Of a stretch of 64,000 nucleotides of DNA, positions 60,421-64,000 are shown piece after piece. Source of the stretch: an uncultured delta proteobacterium. GTDB taxonomy: Bacteria > Myxococcota_A > Polyangia > Polyangiales > Polyangiaceae. Each line of letters begins with the position of its first letter. The stretch's first letter is position 1. Position numbers and translations under genes: made by a program. The notes under the pieces are model-generated. The model saw only the letters and a program-made list of their open reading frames with translations, did not search any database and had not been told where the DNA came from. Location of the stretch: positions 1,184,001 through 1,248,000 of the forward strand of contig CAWJCS010000006.1 in the NCBI GenBank assembly GCA_963841435.1, read 5' to 3'.

Positions 60421-60968
60421 GACCGTACCCCCGCTTCGATCTCGATCTCGCGAAGCACGGCGTCGTACCAACGCGCGATCGTCCCTTCGAACGGCCACAT
60501 CCAGCCGTAGGCGCCGCCCGTGAAGCGTTCGACGATGGTCTTGCGAAGCGACGGCGAGCGCGCGCTCTCGAGCCCGCGCAGGTGTGCCGTCGCGCGCAGC
60601 GTCTCGCGATAGGCTTCCCACTCGAGCCGCGCGCGACCGTACGCGAGCCCGATGGGGAAGAACGGGACGAGGTAGACGAATGCCATCAAGGCAAGGCCGT
60701 AGCGTCGGCGCTGGCGGAGGTGGACGCGCTCGTGGTGGAGCACGATCGCGCGGTCGATGTCGGGTGTGTCGTCCCAGGCGAACGGCGTGTAGAGCGTGTA
60801 GCCGAGCACGGTGTGGTAGCGGGTGAGGTACTCGCGCTGTGCCCCGAGCGTGAGGACGCGCAACAACCAATCGATGGCGACCGAGAGTGGGTCGCCACGC
60901 TTGGGCACGAGTCGGAATGCGGGGAATTCCTCCGTGATTTCAGCGATCAAGCCCTCGGCGAGCGCCAC
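60417..60968 (-). CDS. Hypothetical protein with HExxH (zincin-like) motif
   Basis: VLHHERVHLRQ followed by a hydrophobic segment and EWEAY. Confidence 0.6.
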   Translation of the reverse strand: MALAEGLIAEITEEFPAFRLVPKRGDPLSVAIDWLLRVLTLGAQREYLTRYHTVLGYTLYTPFAWDDTPDIDRAIVLHHERVHLRQRRRYGLALMAFVYLVPFFPIGLAYGRARLEWEAYRETLRATAHLRGLESARSPSLRKTIVERFTGGAYGWMWPFEGTIARWYDAVLREIEIEAGVRS

Positions 60969-61004
60969 GGGCCCGAGGCTAGCACCCTGCGGCCCGAGTT
61001 GGGG

Positions 61005-61940
61005 TCAGATCTGTGGCGCACCGAGCCGCTCGCCGGGGCGGAGCACGCGGCCGTTGACGAGGTCGCGTCCGCTCACCTCGCGCCGTCCCTCGGCTGTGGC
61101 CCTCACGATCTCGATCGAGCCGCTTCCGGTCAACACCCAGGGCGAGCCGCCTTCCACCTGCACGGTACCCGGCGGGCCCGGCCGGTCGGCTTCGCTCGCG
61201 CGAACGGCGCCGAGGCGCAGCGTCTTCGGCCCGATCGTCGTGAACGCACTCGGGCGCGGCGCGAGCGCTCGCACCTGGTTCGTGATGCTCGACGCCGACG
61301 CCGAAAAGTCGACGCGCCCGTGCTCGCGCTCGAGCGGCGGCGCGAGCGTGGCGAGCGACGCGTCTTGCGGTTCGGGGCGGAGCTCGCCCCTGACGGCGCG
61401 AGCGAGGTCACGATCGACGACCGTGGCCGCAAGCTCCCCGAGGCGCACGGCGAGCTCACCCCCGGTTTCGTCGGCGCCAATCGCGATGGTGTGGCGGCTG
61501 AGCACGGCGCCCGTGTCGAGTCCCTCGTCCATCTGCATGAGCGAGATCCCCGTCTCGGTCTCGCCGTGTAAAATGGCCCACTGGATGGGCGCCGCACCCC
61601 GGTAACGCGGCAGGAGCGACGCGTGCAGGTTGAGCGCCCCCGCGGGCGCGACGCCGAGCACGTCGGGCGGCAGGATGCGGCCGTACGCGAGCACGAGCAG
61701 CACGTCCGGATGTCTGGCGTCGAGCCAGGCGCGAAGCGCGCCGTCGCGCACTTTGGGCGGCTGAAACACCTCGAGCCCGCGCTCGGCCGCTTCGAGCTTG
61801 ACGGCCGGAGGGCGCAGCTCGAGTCCCCGGCCTGCAGGCCGATCGGGCTGGGTCACGACTCCCACGACCTCCGCCACTTTCGTGAGAGCGGCGAGGGAGG
61901 GGACGGCGATCGCCGGTGTGCCGAAGAAGATCGCGCGCAT
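61005..61940 (-). CDS. fmt: Methionyl-tRNA formyltransferase
   Basis: FFGTP, VTQPDRPAGRG, NLHASLLPRYRGAAPIQ and MDEGLDTG motifs. Confidence 0.96.
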   Translation of the reverse strand: MRAIFFGTPAIAVPSLAALTKVAEVVGVVTQPDRPAGRGLELRPPAVKLEAAERGLEVFQPPKVRDGALRAWLDARHPDVLLVLAYGRILPPDVLGVAPAGALNLHASLLPRYRGAAPIQWAILHGETETGISLMQMDEGLDTGAVLSRHTIAIGADETGGELAVRLGELAATVVDRDLARAVRGELRPEPQDASLATLAPPLEREHGRVDFSASASSITNQVRALAPRPSAFTTIGPKTLRLGAVRASEADRPGPPGTVQVEGGSPWVLTGSGSIEIVRATAEGRREVSGRDLVNGRVLRPGERLGAPQI

Positions 61941-62173
61941 GGCCAGGTCGCAGGCGGGCAACGGCAGACTAACAGAGGGCGGGTCAACCCGCCGAAGCCA
62001 CCAAGCGGCTCACCGAGCCCCCGATGCGCCAGCCCGCTCGGGACCCGGCCGCGAGGCTAGGTCGCCCGAGGGCGCGAGCCCTCGGCAAAGCAGCCCCGGG
62101 GGAGCGTGGGAGCAAATCGGAACGGAGGGGGCTGGCTTTGTCGTCGGGGCTGATTACGTTGCGATTCTAGGCC

Positions 62174-64000
<1,827 letters not shown>

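Overview
High-GC bacterial chromosomal window. The gene repertoire (Ser/Thr kinase, tandem FHA proteins, ECF sigma/FecR pair, ZnR-GYF protein, Hsp70/J paralogues, Gly/Cys-rich lipoproteins) points to a myxobacterium, probably Polyangiaceae-like (inference). It carries core genes: lipA plus 2-oxoacid dehydrogenase E1a/E1b/E2, prs-rplY-pth-rpsF-rpsR-rplI-dnaB, obgE, hisZ-purA, purD-tsaC-serC, serA, sodB, bcp, fmt, and lon, which runs off the right end. Myxobacterial signalling and envelope genes are interleaved. At least seven genes carry small frameshifts that look like read or assembly indels. The standout is a complete eukaryote-type protein arginine methyltransferase (CARM1/PRMT4-like, with double-E loop and THW loop; 54763-55827). 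It lies two genes from a lipoprotein made almost entirely of GGGGR[F/M]GG repeats, with an HTTM/SdpB-like membrane protein between them. Non-coding features include a ~210-nt 6S-RNA-like hairpin, an S6:S18 leader, a structured element upstream of dnaB, and two separate strand-skewed intergenic tracts sharing a repeated TTCTGGT motif. No rRNA, tRNA, CRISPR array or mobile element was recognised.
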